A stretch of 64,000 nt of DNA. Source: Flavobacteriales bacterium. Its GTDB lineage: Bacteria; Bacteroidota; Bacteroidia; Flavobacteriales; UBA1820. The DNA lies in the NCBI GenBank assembly GCA_017620815.1, contig JAGAUI010000010.1, forward strand, positions 1,944-65,943, in the 5' to 3' direction. This document shows positions 23,643 to 34,225 of the stretch, in pieces (the stretch's first letter is position 1; the number at the start of each line of letters is the position of its first letter). The position numbers were made by a program, and so were the translations under genes. Below the pieces are notes generated by a model. That model did no database searches. It had not been told where the DNA came from and worked only from the letters and a program-made list of their open reading frames with translations.

Positions 23643-25094
23643 TTGACCCATACCGCCATGAACGACGACATATTCCTAGAATCATTCCTCAAAAACTTCC
23701 CCTGTTCCCCGTCTTCCTCACAACGCGAAGGCATGGAACGTCTTTCGGCATTTGTGCAGGGAGAGTCATTGTCGCGTATATTTGTGATGAAGGGGTATGC
23801 TGGTACTGGTAAGACGACCATTATAGCTTCGCTGGTAAAAACCATACGAGATTTCAAAGGAGTGAAAGGCTCATCCATCCTGATGGCACCCACAGGACGT
23901 GCCGCCAAGATTATGAGCCAGTATTCGGGAGAAAAAGCATACACCATACATAAACAGATATATGCACTACGCACCCGTAAGGGCGGAGGGATATCATTTA
24001 CTCTTAAACCCAACCGAAGCGTAAACACACTATTCATAGTGGACGAAGCCTCTATGATAACCGATAGAAATGACAACGACTCTTATGGCTCTCTTCTCGA
24101 TGACCTATTGAGTTACGTAACATCGGGACGTGATTGTAAATTACTGCTAGTGGGGGACACTGCACAGCTACCTCCTGTGGGTTATTCAGACTCTCCAGCA
24201 CTGGATATAAGGGTACTTGAAAACAATTATGGCATGCCTACCGAAGAGATTTTCCTTACCGATGTCTATCGCCAAAGCGAGGAATCCATGATACTGCACA
24301 ACGCTACTACCCTTCGTAAGACACTGGAGAGAGACAACCTTAAAAAAGGAGACATAAAATTCCGCACAGGAGAGGATTTTGTACGGCTACGCGATGGCTA
24401 TGACATACAGTGTGCCATAGAAGGTGCTACCAATTCTCGCCGCCAGAGCGAAGCTATCATTATCACTCGTAGCAATCGCCGTGCAGGACTATTCAACGGG
24501 CAGATACGTTCACGGATAAAACTCCACGAAGGCGAGATAGCCACTGGAGACCTACTCATGGTGGTAAAAAACAACTATTTCTGGGTAGATGAAGATTCTC
24601 CTTGTGGTTTTATAGCCAATGGCGACCTAGCCGAAGTAATGGCAGTAAGAGAAAGCGGGATAATACGTTACGGCATGAGATTTGCAAGGGTGGAGCTTAA
24701 ACTGGTGGACTACCCACAGATGAGCAAATTTGAGGCACTGGTTTTACTAGACACCATTTACAGCGAGAGTGCTGCACTTAGCGAAGCTCAATCATCTGCT
24801 TTTTACAACGAAGTGATGAAAGACTATGAAAAACTATCCATGCGTCGTCGTCATGATGAACTCTCCAAAAACGAATACTACAACGCCATCCAAGTAAAAT
24901 TTGGATATGCTGTAACATGCCACAAGAGTCAAGGTGGAGGTTGGGATAATGTTTTCATAGAACAGGTATGGCTACCAGATGAAAACCTACCTAAAGACTA
25001 CATACGTTGGCTTTATACTGCTATCACTCGTGCCAAAGAAAAAGTATTTATGATAGGTTTTACAGATGATTTTTTTGAAGAAAATGACCTATGA
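23643..25094 (+). CDS. RecD-like (SF1, AAA_30/UvrD_C_2) ATP-dependent DNA helicase
   Basis: 483 aa. It has Walker A 'GYAGTGKTT', 'FIVDEASMI', 'LLLVGDTAQLPPVG', and the C-terminal 'YAVTCHKSQGGGWDNVF...LYTAITRAKEKV'. Confidence 0.85.
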   Translation: MTHTAMNDDIFLESFLKNFPCSPSSSQREGMERLSAFVQGESLSRIFVMKGYAGTGKTTIIASLVKTIRDFKGVKGSSILMAPTGRAAKIMSQYSGEKAYTIHKQIYALRTRKGGGISFTLKPNRSVNTLFIVDEASMITDRNDNDSYGSLLDDLLSYVTSGRDCKLLLVGDTAQLPPVGYSDSPALDIRVLENNYGMPTEEIFLTDVYRQSEESMILHNATTLRKTLERDNLKKGDIKFRTGEDFVRLRDGYDIQCAIEGATNSRRQSEAIIITRSNRRAGLFNGQIRSRIKLHEGEIATGDLLMVVKNNYFWVDEDSPCGFIANGDLAEVMAVRESGIIRYGMRFARVELKLVDYPQMSKFEALVLLDTIYSESAALSEAQSSAFYNEVMKDYEKLSMRRRHDELSKNEYYNAIQVKFGYAVTCHKSQGGGWDNVFIEQVWLPDENLPKDYIRWLYTAITRAKEKVFMIGFTDDFFEENDL

Positions 25095-25108
25095 CGAGCG
25101 ATGAAAAA

Positions 25109-25129
25109 AGCGGCACCCTGCGGGTGCCG
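25109..25129. terminator. bidirectional terminator (GCGGCACCC-TGC-GGGTGCCGC)
   Basis: A 9-bp stem flanked by A6 and T6, between convergent genes. Confidence 0.75.
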
Positions 25130-25146
25130 CTTTTTTCATCGCCGAC

Positions 25147-26244
25147 CTAGACCTCTATTACCTCTACACGAGGGTTACGGCGTATGTATGCTCTTATAGC
25201 ATATAAATTATCTGGAGTGCTTTCTAGCGGTGTAAGACGTGTTTTAAGCACATCTATATTATTTATCTGATAATTGAGTTCACAGTATGTATATCCTTTC
25301 AGTTCTCCTTTTTCTACCAGTATCACGCTTTTTTCAGACACATTACGTCCTCTATCTACCACTAGCAGTGTTTTCTCTCTATGAAAATAATGTCGTAATG
25401 ATTTGGACATACGGCGAGATTTTTCTTCGGGATTAAGAATAGGACGATGTACTTTTATCTGGAGGAGGAATTTGAGATATGATATAGCATCAGACGGAGT
25501 CTCTTCCCACCTTACCGATGCCATCTCTTCGCGAATGATAAGAGATATTTCGTCTTCGCTACACAGAATAGTATTTATCTCCTTATATATATTTCCCGAA
25601 CGCCCTATAAATAATATGTTTTTATCCTTATCCAGTATGTGGAATATCCCTCCAAAGGTAGGAAGAGTATCCAATATAAGACGCTGACGCATCTCCTCGC
25701 GGGATAAATGTGGGATGGGAGCCGTAGCTTGTTTTACTATCTGGTGGGAGGAGTCTTTTTCTATAAGGAGTTTGAGTAGCTCCAGTGTAGCCTGTGCATC
25801 ACCATAAGCACGATGACGTGAAGCTACTGGTATGCCCAAAGACTTACATAATTTTCCCAACGAATAACTAGGGAGGTCTGGTATTAGCCGCTGAGATTCA
25901 TGCACCGTACATATAGTATTGCGTTCATACACATACCCCAGCCTTGCAAACTCTTGACGCAACATCCTATAATCAAAATCGGCATTGTGGGCTACTATCG
26001 CACATCCTTCTGTTATCTGTATCACGCGACGAGCTATCTCATAAAATCTAGGAGCTCGCCGCAACATCTTGTTATCTATACCAGTAAGACGTGTAACATA
26101 AGGGTCTATGGGACGTAATGGATTTACCAGTGATATGAGTTGGTCAACCACCTGTGTACCATCATAACGATATATGGCTATCTCTGTGATACCTTCTTCG
26201 CTGAAACGCCCACCTGTAGTTTCCAAATCTATTACTGCATACAT
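25147..26244 (-). CDS. DnaQ-like 3'-5' exonuclease fused to a GIY-YIG-like domain
   Basis: 'YAVIDLETTGG', 'VAHNADFDYRML' and 'HRAYGDAQAT' are the DEDDh Exo I-III motifs. The downstream 'GGIFHILDKDKNILFIGRSGNIYKEI' resembles a GIY-YIG motif. Confidence 0.8.
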   Translation of the reverse strand: MYAVIDLETTGGRFSEEGITEIAIYRYDGTQVVDQLISLVNPLRPIDPYVTRLTGIDNKMLRRAPRFYEIARRVIQITEGCAIVAHNADFDYRMLRQEFARLGYVYERNTICTVHESQRLIPDLPSYSLGKLCKSLGIPVASRHRAYGDAQATLELLKLLIEKDSSHQIVKQATAPIPHLSREEMRQRLILDTLPTFGGIFHILDKDKNILFIGRSGNIYKEINTILCSEDEISLIIREEMASVRWEETPSDAISYLKFLLQIKVHRPILNPEEKSRRMSKSLRHYFHREKTLLVVDRGRNVSEKSVILVEKGELKGYTYCELNYQINNIDVLKTRLTPLESTPDNLYAIRAYIRRNPRVEVIEV

Positions 26245-26267
26245 CTTTCTTCCTCCCTACACTATTA

Positions 26268-26933
26268 TCATTTGGAGCTATAATCCCTCACTCCAAATAT
26301 ACTGCTACCCACTCTTACCATAGTACTGCCACACTGCATAGCTATCTTATAATCCCCACTCATACCCATAGACAGAGTATCAAATGCCGTATTCTTTTCC
26401 TTTATCTGGTCATAGAGATTTTTAACAGCAGTAAATTCCTTACGTATCTGCTCACTATCATCGGTAAAAGAAGCCATAGTCATAAGTCCCCTTACACGTA
26501 CGCCTGTGAGTTCTTTAAGACTAGGAGAGAGAGCTATCTCTCTCGCCTGTTCCACCGTAAGTCCAAATTTACTCTCTTCACTAGCTATGTGTACCTCCAG
26601 CAAGCAATCTATCACTCTACCTGCCTTGATTGCAGCAGCGTTTATCTTTTCCAGCAGAGCCATACTGTCCACACTCTGTATCATAGATACAAATGGAGCT
26701 ATGTATTTTATTTTATTGGATTGGAGATGACCTATCAAGTGCCACTCTATATCACTAGGCATACATTGGGCTTTGGCACACATCTCTTGGACTTTATTCT
26801 CTCCAAAGATACGCACCCCCTCATCATAGGCCTGCATCACGACATCGGCTGCATGAGTCTTGGATACTGCAACCAGAGTAACGCCACTCTCTATGCTGTC
26901 TTGAACTTTTTTAAGAGCTTCCTTTATACTCAT
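26268..26933 (-). CDS. yggS: YggS-family pyridoxal-phosphate homeostasis protein
   Basis: 221 aa. 'LVAVSKTH' carries the PLP Lys, and 'FGENKVQE', 'WHLIGHLQSNK', 'LSMGMSGDY' and 'VRVGSSIFG' follow. Confidence 0.9.
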   Translation of the reverse strand: MSIKEALKKVQDSIESGVTLVAVSKTHAADVVMQAYDEGVRIFGENKVQEMCAKAQCMPSDIEWHLIGHLQSNKIKYIAPFVSMIQSVDSMALLEKINAAAIKAGRVIDCLLEVHIASEESKFGLTVEQAREIALSPSLKELTGVRVRGLMTMASFTDDSEQIRKEFTAVKNLYDQIKEKNTAFDTLSMGMSGDYKIAMQCGSTMVRVGSSIFGVRDYSSK

Positions 26934-27319
26934 TATTTTATAAGTCCTCTTTGCAGACTATCCTTATACAGAGAATCACGCACAGCAGCATCTCTTTTTA
27001 CAAAATCTTCATAATCGTTCTGTATGCGTGCCTCCATAGCACGTTCATCTGCCTGCCCCATTTCTAGCACCTGACGATATGTAAGACCTTCTACCTTCTC
27101 TCCTTTAAGCACCATCTTCCACATCTTGGCAGAAAATATGCGAGCTTCTTCATCTGTCATAGCAGCACCTACTACCTTTATATCATCATCAAAAGTAGCA
27201 TCTACTATCACCATATCCAGAACACTTCTATTTTTCTGGGATATGTGATATGTTATGACTGCCGCAACAACAAGTGCTACCAGCCCTACTATGAGTACAT
27301 ATAATTTTTTATTCATCAT
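26933..27319 (-). CDS. membrane-anchored hypothetical protein
   Basis: 128 aa with a single N-terminal TM segment. Its stop and start abut the neighbouring genes. Confidence 0.55.
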   Translation of the reverse strand: MMNKKLYVLIVGLVALVVAAVITYHISQKNRSVLDMVIVDATFDDDIKVVGAAMTDEEARIFSAKMWKMVLKGEKVEGLTYRQVLEMGQADERAMEARIQNDYEDFVKRDAAVRDSLYKDSLQRGLIK

Positions 27320-27321
27320 TA

Positions 27322-30300
27322 TTATTTGTTTTTCTGTTCTTCAACCCATTTACGAGCATTCAAGAAAGCCAATATCCATGGAGATACCTCATCTTCACAA
27401 CGATTTTCATCATAATAAGCCCAGTTCCATGGGAATATAGAACGCTCTGGGTGAGGCATCATCACTAGATGACGACCATCTGATGATGTGATAGATGCTG
27501 CATCATATGACGAACCATTAGGATTGGCTGGATAACCGTTGTATGAGTATTTGGCAGTGATATGATATTCGTTTTCGGCTTTAGGGAGAGAGAATTTACC
27601 CTCACCATGAGCCACCCATACTCCTAGACGACTACCTGCTAGCGAACCAAACATCACAGAATGGTTTTCTGGTATGTCCACATTGACAAACGAACTTTCA
27701 AATTTATGTGAGTCATTGTGCAACATTCGTGGTTTTTCATCGTGTTCTGGTGTGATAAGTCCCAGCTCTACAAATAGCTGACAACCATTACATATACCCA
27801 GCGAAAGAGTATCTGGACGAGAGAAAAAGTTTTCCAATGCTTTACGTGCTTTTTCGTTATAACGGAATGAACCCGCCCAACCTTTGGCAGAGCCCAGTAC
27901 GTCTGAATTTGAGAAACCTCCCACCGCTGCTATAAAGTTCACGTCTGAAAGGTCGGCACGTCCTTCTATGAGGTCGGTCATATGGATATCCACCACATCA
28001 AATCCTGCTAGATACATAGCATAAGCCATCTCGCGTTCGCTGTTTGAACCCTTCTCACGTATCACAGCAGCACGTATGCCCGATGCTGTTTTGCGGTCTG
28101 GGTCTAGACCTAGGTCTTTAAGACGACCTGTAAAGCCTTCGGGGAACGTATAGCTCAATGGTTGCTGCTTATAGTTCTCATAACGTTCTGCAGCTTTCTT
28201 CTCACCACTCTGATGTATATCTAGAAGATATGACGAACGATACCAAGCATCACGCATATCTGGCAGGCAGAAAGTGTATTCTTTTTCTCCACAGCGTACA
28301 GAAAAATCATGACCTTGCTGTACATGTCCTATCACATAAGACTTAACACCTGCCTCTGCCATCACCTCAAGAGCCTTTTGCGTGTCTTTTACTTGAAGCA
28401 CTACAGCAGGGTTCTGTGCAAATAATCTCTTCACTGCATCATCACAACCCATAGGTGTAATATCTATTGTCGCACCTAGGTTTACAGCAGGGAAACACAT
28501 CTCCATAAGAGTAGTTATAAGACCACCCGCCGAAACGTCATGCCCTGCCGATACTATACCCTCATTTATAAGAGTCTGCACTGCAGCAAATGCTTTTTTG
28601 AAGTATTCGGCACTAGCGACATCTGGAGTCTTGCCTCCTACCTTGCCTAGCATCTGGAAGAATGCACTACCTCCCAACTGTGGCTCTACACCAGAAAAAT
28701 CAACATATATTATATCCTGATTTTTATCTCTCACAAAACATGGAACTACGGTCTTTTTAACATCACTCACCTCTCCGCAAGCACTTATGATAACAGTACC
28801 CGGAGCCATCACACGTTTACCATCGGGATATTTCTGTGTCATAGAAAGTGAGTCTTTACCTGTAGGCACGTTTATACCTAGCTCTATAGCATAACGAGAG
28901 ACAGCCTCTACCGCACTATATAGACGTGCATCCTCGCCTTCATTACGACAAGGCCACATCCAGTTGGCAGAAAGGGATACTCCTTTAAGACCGTGTGTAA
29001 GTGGAGCAAAGACTATATTGGTAAGTGCTTCAGATATAGACAGACGGCTACCTGCTGGAGCGTCTATAAGAGCCTCCACTGGTGCATGTCCTATGGAAGT
29101 AGCCACACCTGCCTCTCCACGATAATCTAGAGCCATCACACCCACGTCTGAAAGTGGAAGATGTAGAGGTCCTACGTTCTGCTGACGTGCCACACGACCC
29201 GTCACACAACGGTCAACTTTATTGGTAAGGTAGTCTTTACAGCCTACTGCTTCCATTTGAAGGACGGCAGTGATGTATTTTTCTATGTCTTTGTCTGTGT
29301 ATTGTGCATCGGCATAACTGTGTTTTACAGTCTTGTCTTCCATGATGGTCTTGGGAGCCGAACCAAACATATCTGAAAGCTGAAGGTCTATAGGGTTTTC
29401 TCCAGTCTTTTCACTATGGAAACGGAACTGCATATCTCCTGTCGCCTCACCCACCACATACATAGGGCAACGCTCACGACTAGCTATCTCTTCCAGCAGG
29501 GGAAGGTCTTTTTCTTTAAGCACCAGTCCCATACGTTCCTGTGATTCATTACCCACTATTTCTTTGGCAGAAAGTGTAGGGTCTCCCACTGGTAGAGCGT
29601 CTAACTGAATAGTACCACCAGTAGATTCCACCAATTCTGAAAGACAGTTAAGGTGTCCACCTGCACCGTGGTCGTGTATAGATATGATAGGATTATCACT
29701 AGATTCACATAGCGAACGTATAGCATTGGCTGCACGTTTCTGCATTTCAGGGTTGGAGCGTTGTACAGCGTTAAGCTCTACTGCCGAAGCATACTGACCT
29801 GTATCTACCGATGATACAGCGCCACCGCCCATACCTATGCGGTAGTTATCTCCACCTAGAACTACTATTTTATCTCCAGCCTTAGGTTCATCTTTAAGAG
29901 CGTCTTTCTTTTTGGCATAACCTACACCTCCGGCTAGCATTATCACTTTGTCATATCCTAGTGTACGGCCGTCTTCCTCATGTTCAAACGTAAGGACACT
30001 ACCGCATATAAGTGGCTGACCAAATTTGTTACCAAAGTCTGATGCACCATTTGATGCCTTGATAAGTATATCTAGTGGAGTCTGATACAACCAGTCGCGT
30101 TCTTTTATATCCTGCTCCCACACGCGGTTTTTCTCGCTACGAGAATACGAAGTCATATAAACAGCCGTACCAGCCATAGGCAGAGAGCCCTTACCTCCAG
30201 CTAGACGGTCGCGTATCTCTCCTCCAGAACCAGTAGCGGCACCATTAAATGGTTCTACCGTAGTAGGGAAGTTATGCGTTTCGGCCTTCATAGAGATAAC

Positions 30301-31017
30301 AGACTCTACCTCCTGTGTAGCAAATGCAGATGGTTTATCTCCTCTTTCTGGAGCAAACTGTTCTATGGTAGGTCCATCTAGGAATGCGACATTATCCTTA
30401 TATGCCGAAACGAGCAATTCGTGTTGTGCAGCCGATGTATTTTTAATCATCTGGAAGAGGGATTCGTCTTTTTTCACTCCATCTATGACAAATACACCTC
30501 CAAATATCTTATGACGGCAGTGTTCTGAATTGACCTGTGAGAAACCAAAGACTTCGCTATCTGTAAGGCTGCGTCCCAATTTTTTCCCCAGACCTTCCAG
30601 ATACTCTATCTCTTCTTCTGAAAGAGCAAGTCCTTCCTGAAGATTATATGAACGTATGTCGTCTATATAAACTATGTCTTCACTCTTGCGTGAAGTAGTA
30701 AAGAGGAACTGGTCTAGACCATCATATTTCTGGTATAGCATAGGGTCAAATACCGCTACATTTTCCTCTTTTACAAATACCTCTATACGAGATATTCCCT
30801 CTACACCCATATTTTGACATATCTCAACGGCGTTGGTACTCCATGGGGTAATCATCTCTTTGCGAGGGCCTATATAACGACCTTCATATGTAGGCTCAAG
30901 CAACATATCGGCATCGCCAAAGAGCCATTTAAGACGTTCTACATATTCGCTAGGTAGCAGGTCTTTATAACCTACCACATATATCTTATCTTCAGAATCC
31001 TTAAAAAATGATAACAT
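27322..31017 (-). CDS. purL: phosphoribosylformylglycinamidine synthase (single-chain, large form)
   Basis: 1231 aa. 'NSEHCRHKIF', 'ETHNFPTTVEPFNGAATGSGGEIRD', 'IHDHGAGGHLN' and the C-terminal glutaminase 'GICNGCQL...PHPERS' are all present. Confidence 0.97.
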   Translation of the reverse strand: MLSFFKDSEDKIYVVGYKDLLPSEYVERLKWLFGDADMLLEPTYEGRYIGPRKEMITPWSTNAVEICQNMGVEGISRIEVFVKEENVAVFDPMLYQKYDGLDQFLFTTSRKSEDIVYIDDIRSYNLQEGLALSEEEIEYLEGLGKKLGRSLTDSEVFGFSQVNSEHCRHKIFGGVFVIDGVKKDESLFQMIKNTSAAQHELLVSAYKDNVAFLDGPTIEQFAPERGDKPSAFATQEVESVISMKAETHNFPTTVEPFNGAATGSGGEIRDRLAGGKGSLPMAGTAVYMTSYSRSEKNRVWEQDIKERDWLYQTPLDILIKASNGASDFGNKFGQPLICGSVLTFEHEEDGRTLGYDKVIMLAGGVGYAKKKDALKDEPKAGDKIVVLGGDNYRIGMGGGAVSSVDTGQYASAVELNAVQRSNPEMQKRAANAIRSLCESSDNPIISIHDHGAGGHLNCLSELVESTGGTIQLDALPVGDPTLSAKEIVGNESQERMGLVLKEKDLPLLEEIASRERCPMYVVGEATGDMQFRFHSEKTGENPIDLQLSDMFGSAPKTIMEDKTVKHSYADAQYTDKDIEKYITAVLQMEAVGCKDYLTNKVDRCVTGRVARQQNVGPLHLPLSDVGVMALDYRGEAGVATSIGHAPVEALIDAPAGSRLSISEALTNIVFAPLTHGLKGVSLSANWMWPCRNEGEDARLYSAVEAVSRYAIELGINVPTGKDSLSMTQKYPDGKRVMAPGTVIISACGEVSDVKKTVVPCFVRDKNQDIIYVDFSGVEPQLGGSAFFQMLGKVGGKTPDVASAEYFKKAFAAVQTLINEGIVSAGHDVSAGGLITTLMEMCFPAVNLGATIDITPMGCDDAVKRLFAQNPAVVLQVKDTQKALEVMAEAGVKSYVIGHVQQGHDFSVRCGEKEYTFCLPDMRDAWYRSSYLLDIHQSGEKKAAERYENYKQQPLSYTFPEGFTGRLKDLGLDPDRKTASGIRAAVIREKGSNSEREMAYAMYLAGFDVVDIHMTDLIEGRADLSDVNFIAAVGGFSNSDVLGSAKGWAGSFRYNEKARKALENFFSRPDTLSLGICNGCQLFVELGLITPEHDEKPRMLHNDSHKFESSFVNVDIPENHSVMFGSLAGSRLGVWVAHGEGKFSLPKAENEYHITAKYSYNGYPANPNGSSYDAASITSSDGRHLVMMPHPERSIFPWNWAYYDENRCEDEVSPWILAFLNARKWVEEQKNK

Positions 31018-31090
31018 AATTCTAATGTGTGTATTATTTTAAAGTGCAAAATTACTCATTTTGGCTTGTATTTCTACTATTCTTTGCCTA

Positions 31091-32581
31091 CTAATTTGCA
31101 TAGCGGCTCAATATCTCTAGCAGTTCATCTATCCTCTTTTTAACCTCCCCACCATCACTGTATCGGTTTACTATGAGAGAGAAGCACAACATATCTTCTC
31201 CTTCTCCAGCATAACCTGCCGTAGCACGAGCTATGGAAAGAGAACCACTTTTAAGGTGTAGTCTGTCTCGTGTAGGCACGTCCTTGAGAGATGAACGATA
31301 TGTACCCGCCTCTCCCGGCACTGCCAACGATTTATAAAAAGCATCAAATGCCTCTGTCCCTTTCATTCCATATAGAAAACGTGTATAGTATTCTGTACAT
31401 AGAGAGGCATTACGAGATAGCCCGCTACCATCTAGTTTATTAATCATTTTTACCCCGGGAGCTATACTATCCAGTATCTCGCGTTCTTTATTTAAGGATT
31501 GGGAGGTAGAGCCTCCTTTACCCAACTCTTTACCTATGGTACGCAATATGGTTTCGGCATACATATTGTCGCTGTATTTATTGGTAAGGGCAGCTATCTG
31601 TGACAGTGATGGCGACTCATATATACATATATGTTTATGCTCAAGAGTATCTAATACCTGTACACCACTATCCCAGAGCACATACTCTACACCACTAGGG
31701 GAGTCTTGTCCTGTGAGATACTCCATAAATTCCACAGCAAGAGAGAGTCCCGATGCTCTGTTTGGCATAGTGATACGGCGGCTGGAGTATTTTATAGGCA
31801 TATTACCATGTAGGAAATAATGCCCCATATGAAGCGGCGAATTCTCAATCCACATGGTATTATATCCCTTTTCCACTGTTACAGCATCGCTATCTACTTC
31901 TAGGTTGTGTATAGAAGGATAAGTAGAGTCCACCACAGGTGTATGTCCTAGTTCTACAGCTGGTTTTATGTATAATGTCACCAGATTGTCATGAAAAGAT
32001 AGACCTCTTACCCCTGTACCAAATGTCTGGCTCACATCATCCCAAGACCACGATGATATAGCTGGTTCAAATGGGAAATAACGGTCATCGGCTACTACTC
32101 TCCCCTCTAGGCGAGCAATACCCGCTCCTTTAAGAGCCTTTTTCCACTGCTCAAACACCACAGCAGCAGCGGCAGACTCTTTAAGTTCTCCATATGTAGT
32201 ACCCAGTGTAGGGTCGCCACCTCCCACTATATATAACGTACCATGTAGTGTAGAGTCTTTCACCTCTCCAGAATACTCTATACTGGTCTTATAAGTAAAT
32301 TCCTCACCCAGAGCTGTCAACGCAGCACCCGTAGTGAGGAGTTTGGTTATAGAGGCAGCAGCGAGCAACATCTCTGAATCTCTTTCTACAACTACCCTAC
32401 CATCTTTCATATCCCTTACAGTCAATGACCATGCGGCACGAGACATAACACTATCACTTTCCATGTCCTTCACCCAGTTCCGTATCTCTCTTACCACGCG
32501 TTCGCGAGGGCCTTCGGCTTGTGCAAATGCTGCACACATAGGTAGCACAGATAGCACAACAGACAATATAATGCTTTTCAT
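31091..32581 (-). CDS. dacB: D-alanyl-D-alanine carboxypeptidase/endopeptidase (PBP4, peptidase S13)
   Basis: 496 aa with a signal peptide. It has the 'AASITKLLTTGAAL' SxxK motif, 'LDGSGLSRN' and 'LHLKSGSL' (KTG-like). Confidence 0.85.
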   Translation of the reverse strand: MKSIILSVVLSVLPMCAAFAQAEGPRERVVREIRNWVKDMESDSVMSRAAWSLTVRDMKDGRVVVERDSEMLLAAASITKLLTTGAALTALGEEFTYKTSIEYSGEVKDSTLHGTLYIVGGGDPTLGTTYGELKESAAAAVVFEQWKKALKGAGIARLEGRVVADDRYFPFEPAISSWSWDDVSQTFGTGVRGLSFHDNLVTLYIKPAVELGHTPVVDSTYPSIHNLEVDSDAVTVEKGYNTMWIENSPLHMGHYFLHGNMPIKYSSRRITMPNRASGLSLAVEFMEYLTGQDSPSGVEYVLWDSGVQVLDTLEHKHICIYESPSLSQIAALTNKYSDNMYAETILRTIGKELGKGGSTSQSLNKEREILDSIAPGVKMINKLDGSGLSRNASLCTEYYTRFLYGMKGTEAFDAFYKSLAVPGEAGTYRSSLKDVPTRDRLHLKSGSLSIARATAGYAGEGEDMLCFSLIVNRYSDGGEVKKRIDELLEILSRYAN

Positions 32582-32607
32582 ATTACACCTTATTATTATA
32601 TATATAG

Positions 32608-33363
32608 CTATTCTTCTTTTTTAAGTGTACCCAGCACCTTACGACGCAATTCAAAATTCTGCCCTAGATACACGCGGCGTACCATTTCATCGGCAGCCAA
32701 ATCTTCTGGAAGACCGCTTTTAAGGATACTACCTTGATACATAAGATATGTACGGTCTGTGATAGCAAGTGTTTCCTGCACGTTGTGGTCTGTGATAAGG
32801 ATACCTATATTACGGTCTTTAAGGTGAGATACTATGGTCTGTATATCTTCTACGGCTATAGGGTCCACACCAGCAAAAGGCTCGTCCAGCAAGACAAATT
32901 TGGGGTCATTTGCTATACAACGTGCTATCTCACAACGACGACGCTCTCCACCCGAAAGCAGGTCTCCGTTACTCTTACGCACCTTTTCAAGACCAAATTC
33001 CTCTATAAGCGAGTTCATCTTACGGCGTTGCTCTTCGGGGGATTTTTTACCCATTTGCAGTACCGAAAGGATATTTTCTTCTACCGTCAATTTACGGAAG
33101 ACACTATTTTCCTGTGCCAGATAAGCAACTCCCTCCTGTGCACGGCGGAACATAGGGAACTGTGTGATATTCATATCATCCAGAAAGACTTCACCTCCGT
33201 TGGCTTGCACCAGTCCCACTATCATATAAAACGAAGTGGTTTTTCCTGCTCCATTAGGCCCCAGCAGACCTATTATCTCCCCTTGGTTTACTTCTAGGGA
33301 CACGTCATTTACCACTGTACGATTGCGGTAAGTCTTTTTAAGATTTTTGGCTATGAGCTTCAT
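32608..33363 (-). CDS. lptB: LPS export ABC transporter ATP-binding protein
   Basis: 251 aa. It has Walker A 'GPNGAGKTT', the signature 'LSGGERRR', Walker B 'FVLLDEPFAGVDP', and an LptB-like length and C-terminus. Confidence 0.9.
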   Translation of the reverse strand: MKLIAKNLKKTYRNRTVVNDVSLEVNQGEIIGLLGPNGAGKTTSFYMIVGLVQANGGEVFLDDMNITQFPMFRRAQEGVAYLAQENSVFRKLTVEENILSVLQMGKKSPEEQRRKMNSLIEEFGLEKVRKSNGDLLSGGERRRCEIARCIANDPKFVLLDEPFAGVDPIAVEDIQTIVSHLKDRNIGILITDHNVQETLAITDRTYLMYQGSILKSGLPEDLAADEMVRRVYLGQNFELRRKVLGTLKKEE

Positions 33364-33380
33364 ATATATTTGTTTATGAT

Positions 33381-34217
33381 TTACACATTTATTTTTCCTT
33401 CGCTCTCTTCTCTATGTTTTTCTATCCTCTGTGCTATGGAGATACTTACTTGGTAAAGAGCAAATGTAGGCAGTGCTAGTATCACCTGTGATGCCACATC
33501 GGGCGGAGTAAGTATAGCCGATATTATCAATATAATCACTATGGCGTGTCGGCGATACTTTTTAAGGAATGACGATGTAATCAATCCCATTTTTGACAGC
33601 ACATATATAGCGATAGGCATCTGGAACATCATTCCCGTAGATAGAGATATATTTACTACACTGGATATATATGATGATAGTTCTATGAGGTTATCCACCT
33701 CCATCTCTCCTCCCACATGATACCCTGCAAAAAAATTAAGCGAAAGAGGAACCACCACCAGATACCCAAATGCCACCCCCATAAAAAACAATCCCGATAC
33801 ATATGCCACCACTCCACGCGATGAACGGCGTTCACCTTCGGTGAGGGCAGGAGAGATGAAACGCCATATCTCCCACACCACAAGCGGAATCGCTACTATG
33901 ATACCCGCTACTATGGATACCCATATATGAGAATTGAATTGCCCTGTTACCTCTCTGTTTTGCAGGACAAATTCTGCCGGCTTCCAGCATATATCCACTG
34001 GTACACCCATACCGTTTATCACGTCTGAAAGATAGCAGAAAAAACGATACGTTATAAAGTTCTCGCTACGGGGAGCAAATATGATATAATCATACACCAC
34101 CTCATCACATACAAAGGCAACTATCGCTCCTATCGCCACATATAGCAACATTCGCAAAAGATGACCTCTTAATATGAGCAAATGCCCAAAGAATGAAGTG
34201 TTTTCTTTTTCTCCCAT
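33381..34217 (-). CDS. tatC: twin-arginine translocase subunit TatC
   Basis: 278 aa with 6 TM segments. 'FFGHLLILRGHLLR', 'PALTEGERR' and 'SAILTPPDVASQ' are TatC-like. Confidence 0.85.
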   Translation of the reverse strand: MGEKENTSFFGHLLILRGHLLRMLLYVAIGAIVAFVCDEVVYDYIIFAPRSENFITYRFFCYLSDVINGMGVPVDICWKPAEFVLQNREVTGQFNSHIWVSIVAGIIVAIPLVVWEIWRFISPALTEGERRSSRGVVAYVSGLFFMGVAFGYLVVVPLSLNFFAGYHVGGEMEVDNLIELSSYISSVVNISLSTGMMFQMPIAIYVLSKMGLITSSFLKKYRRHAIVIILIISAILTPPDVASQVILALPTFALYQVSISIAQRIEKHREESEGKINV

Positions 34218-34225
34218 CTGCAGTT

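Noticed and set aside
23606-24076. 156-aa minus-strand ORF overlapping the 5' end of the helicase gene
   Set aside because: It is antisense to a helicase ORF with strong motif support (Walker A and so on). Its translation is low-complexity and Ser/Arg/Pro-rich with no motif, which is typical of a shadow ORF.
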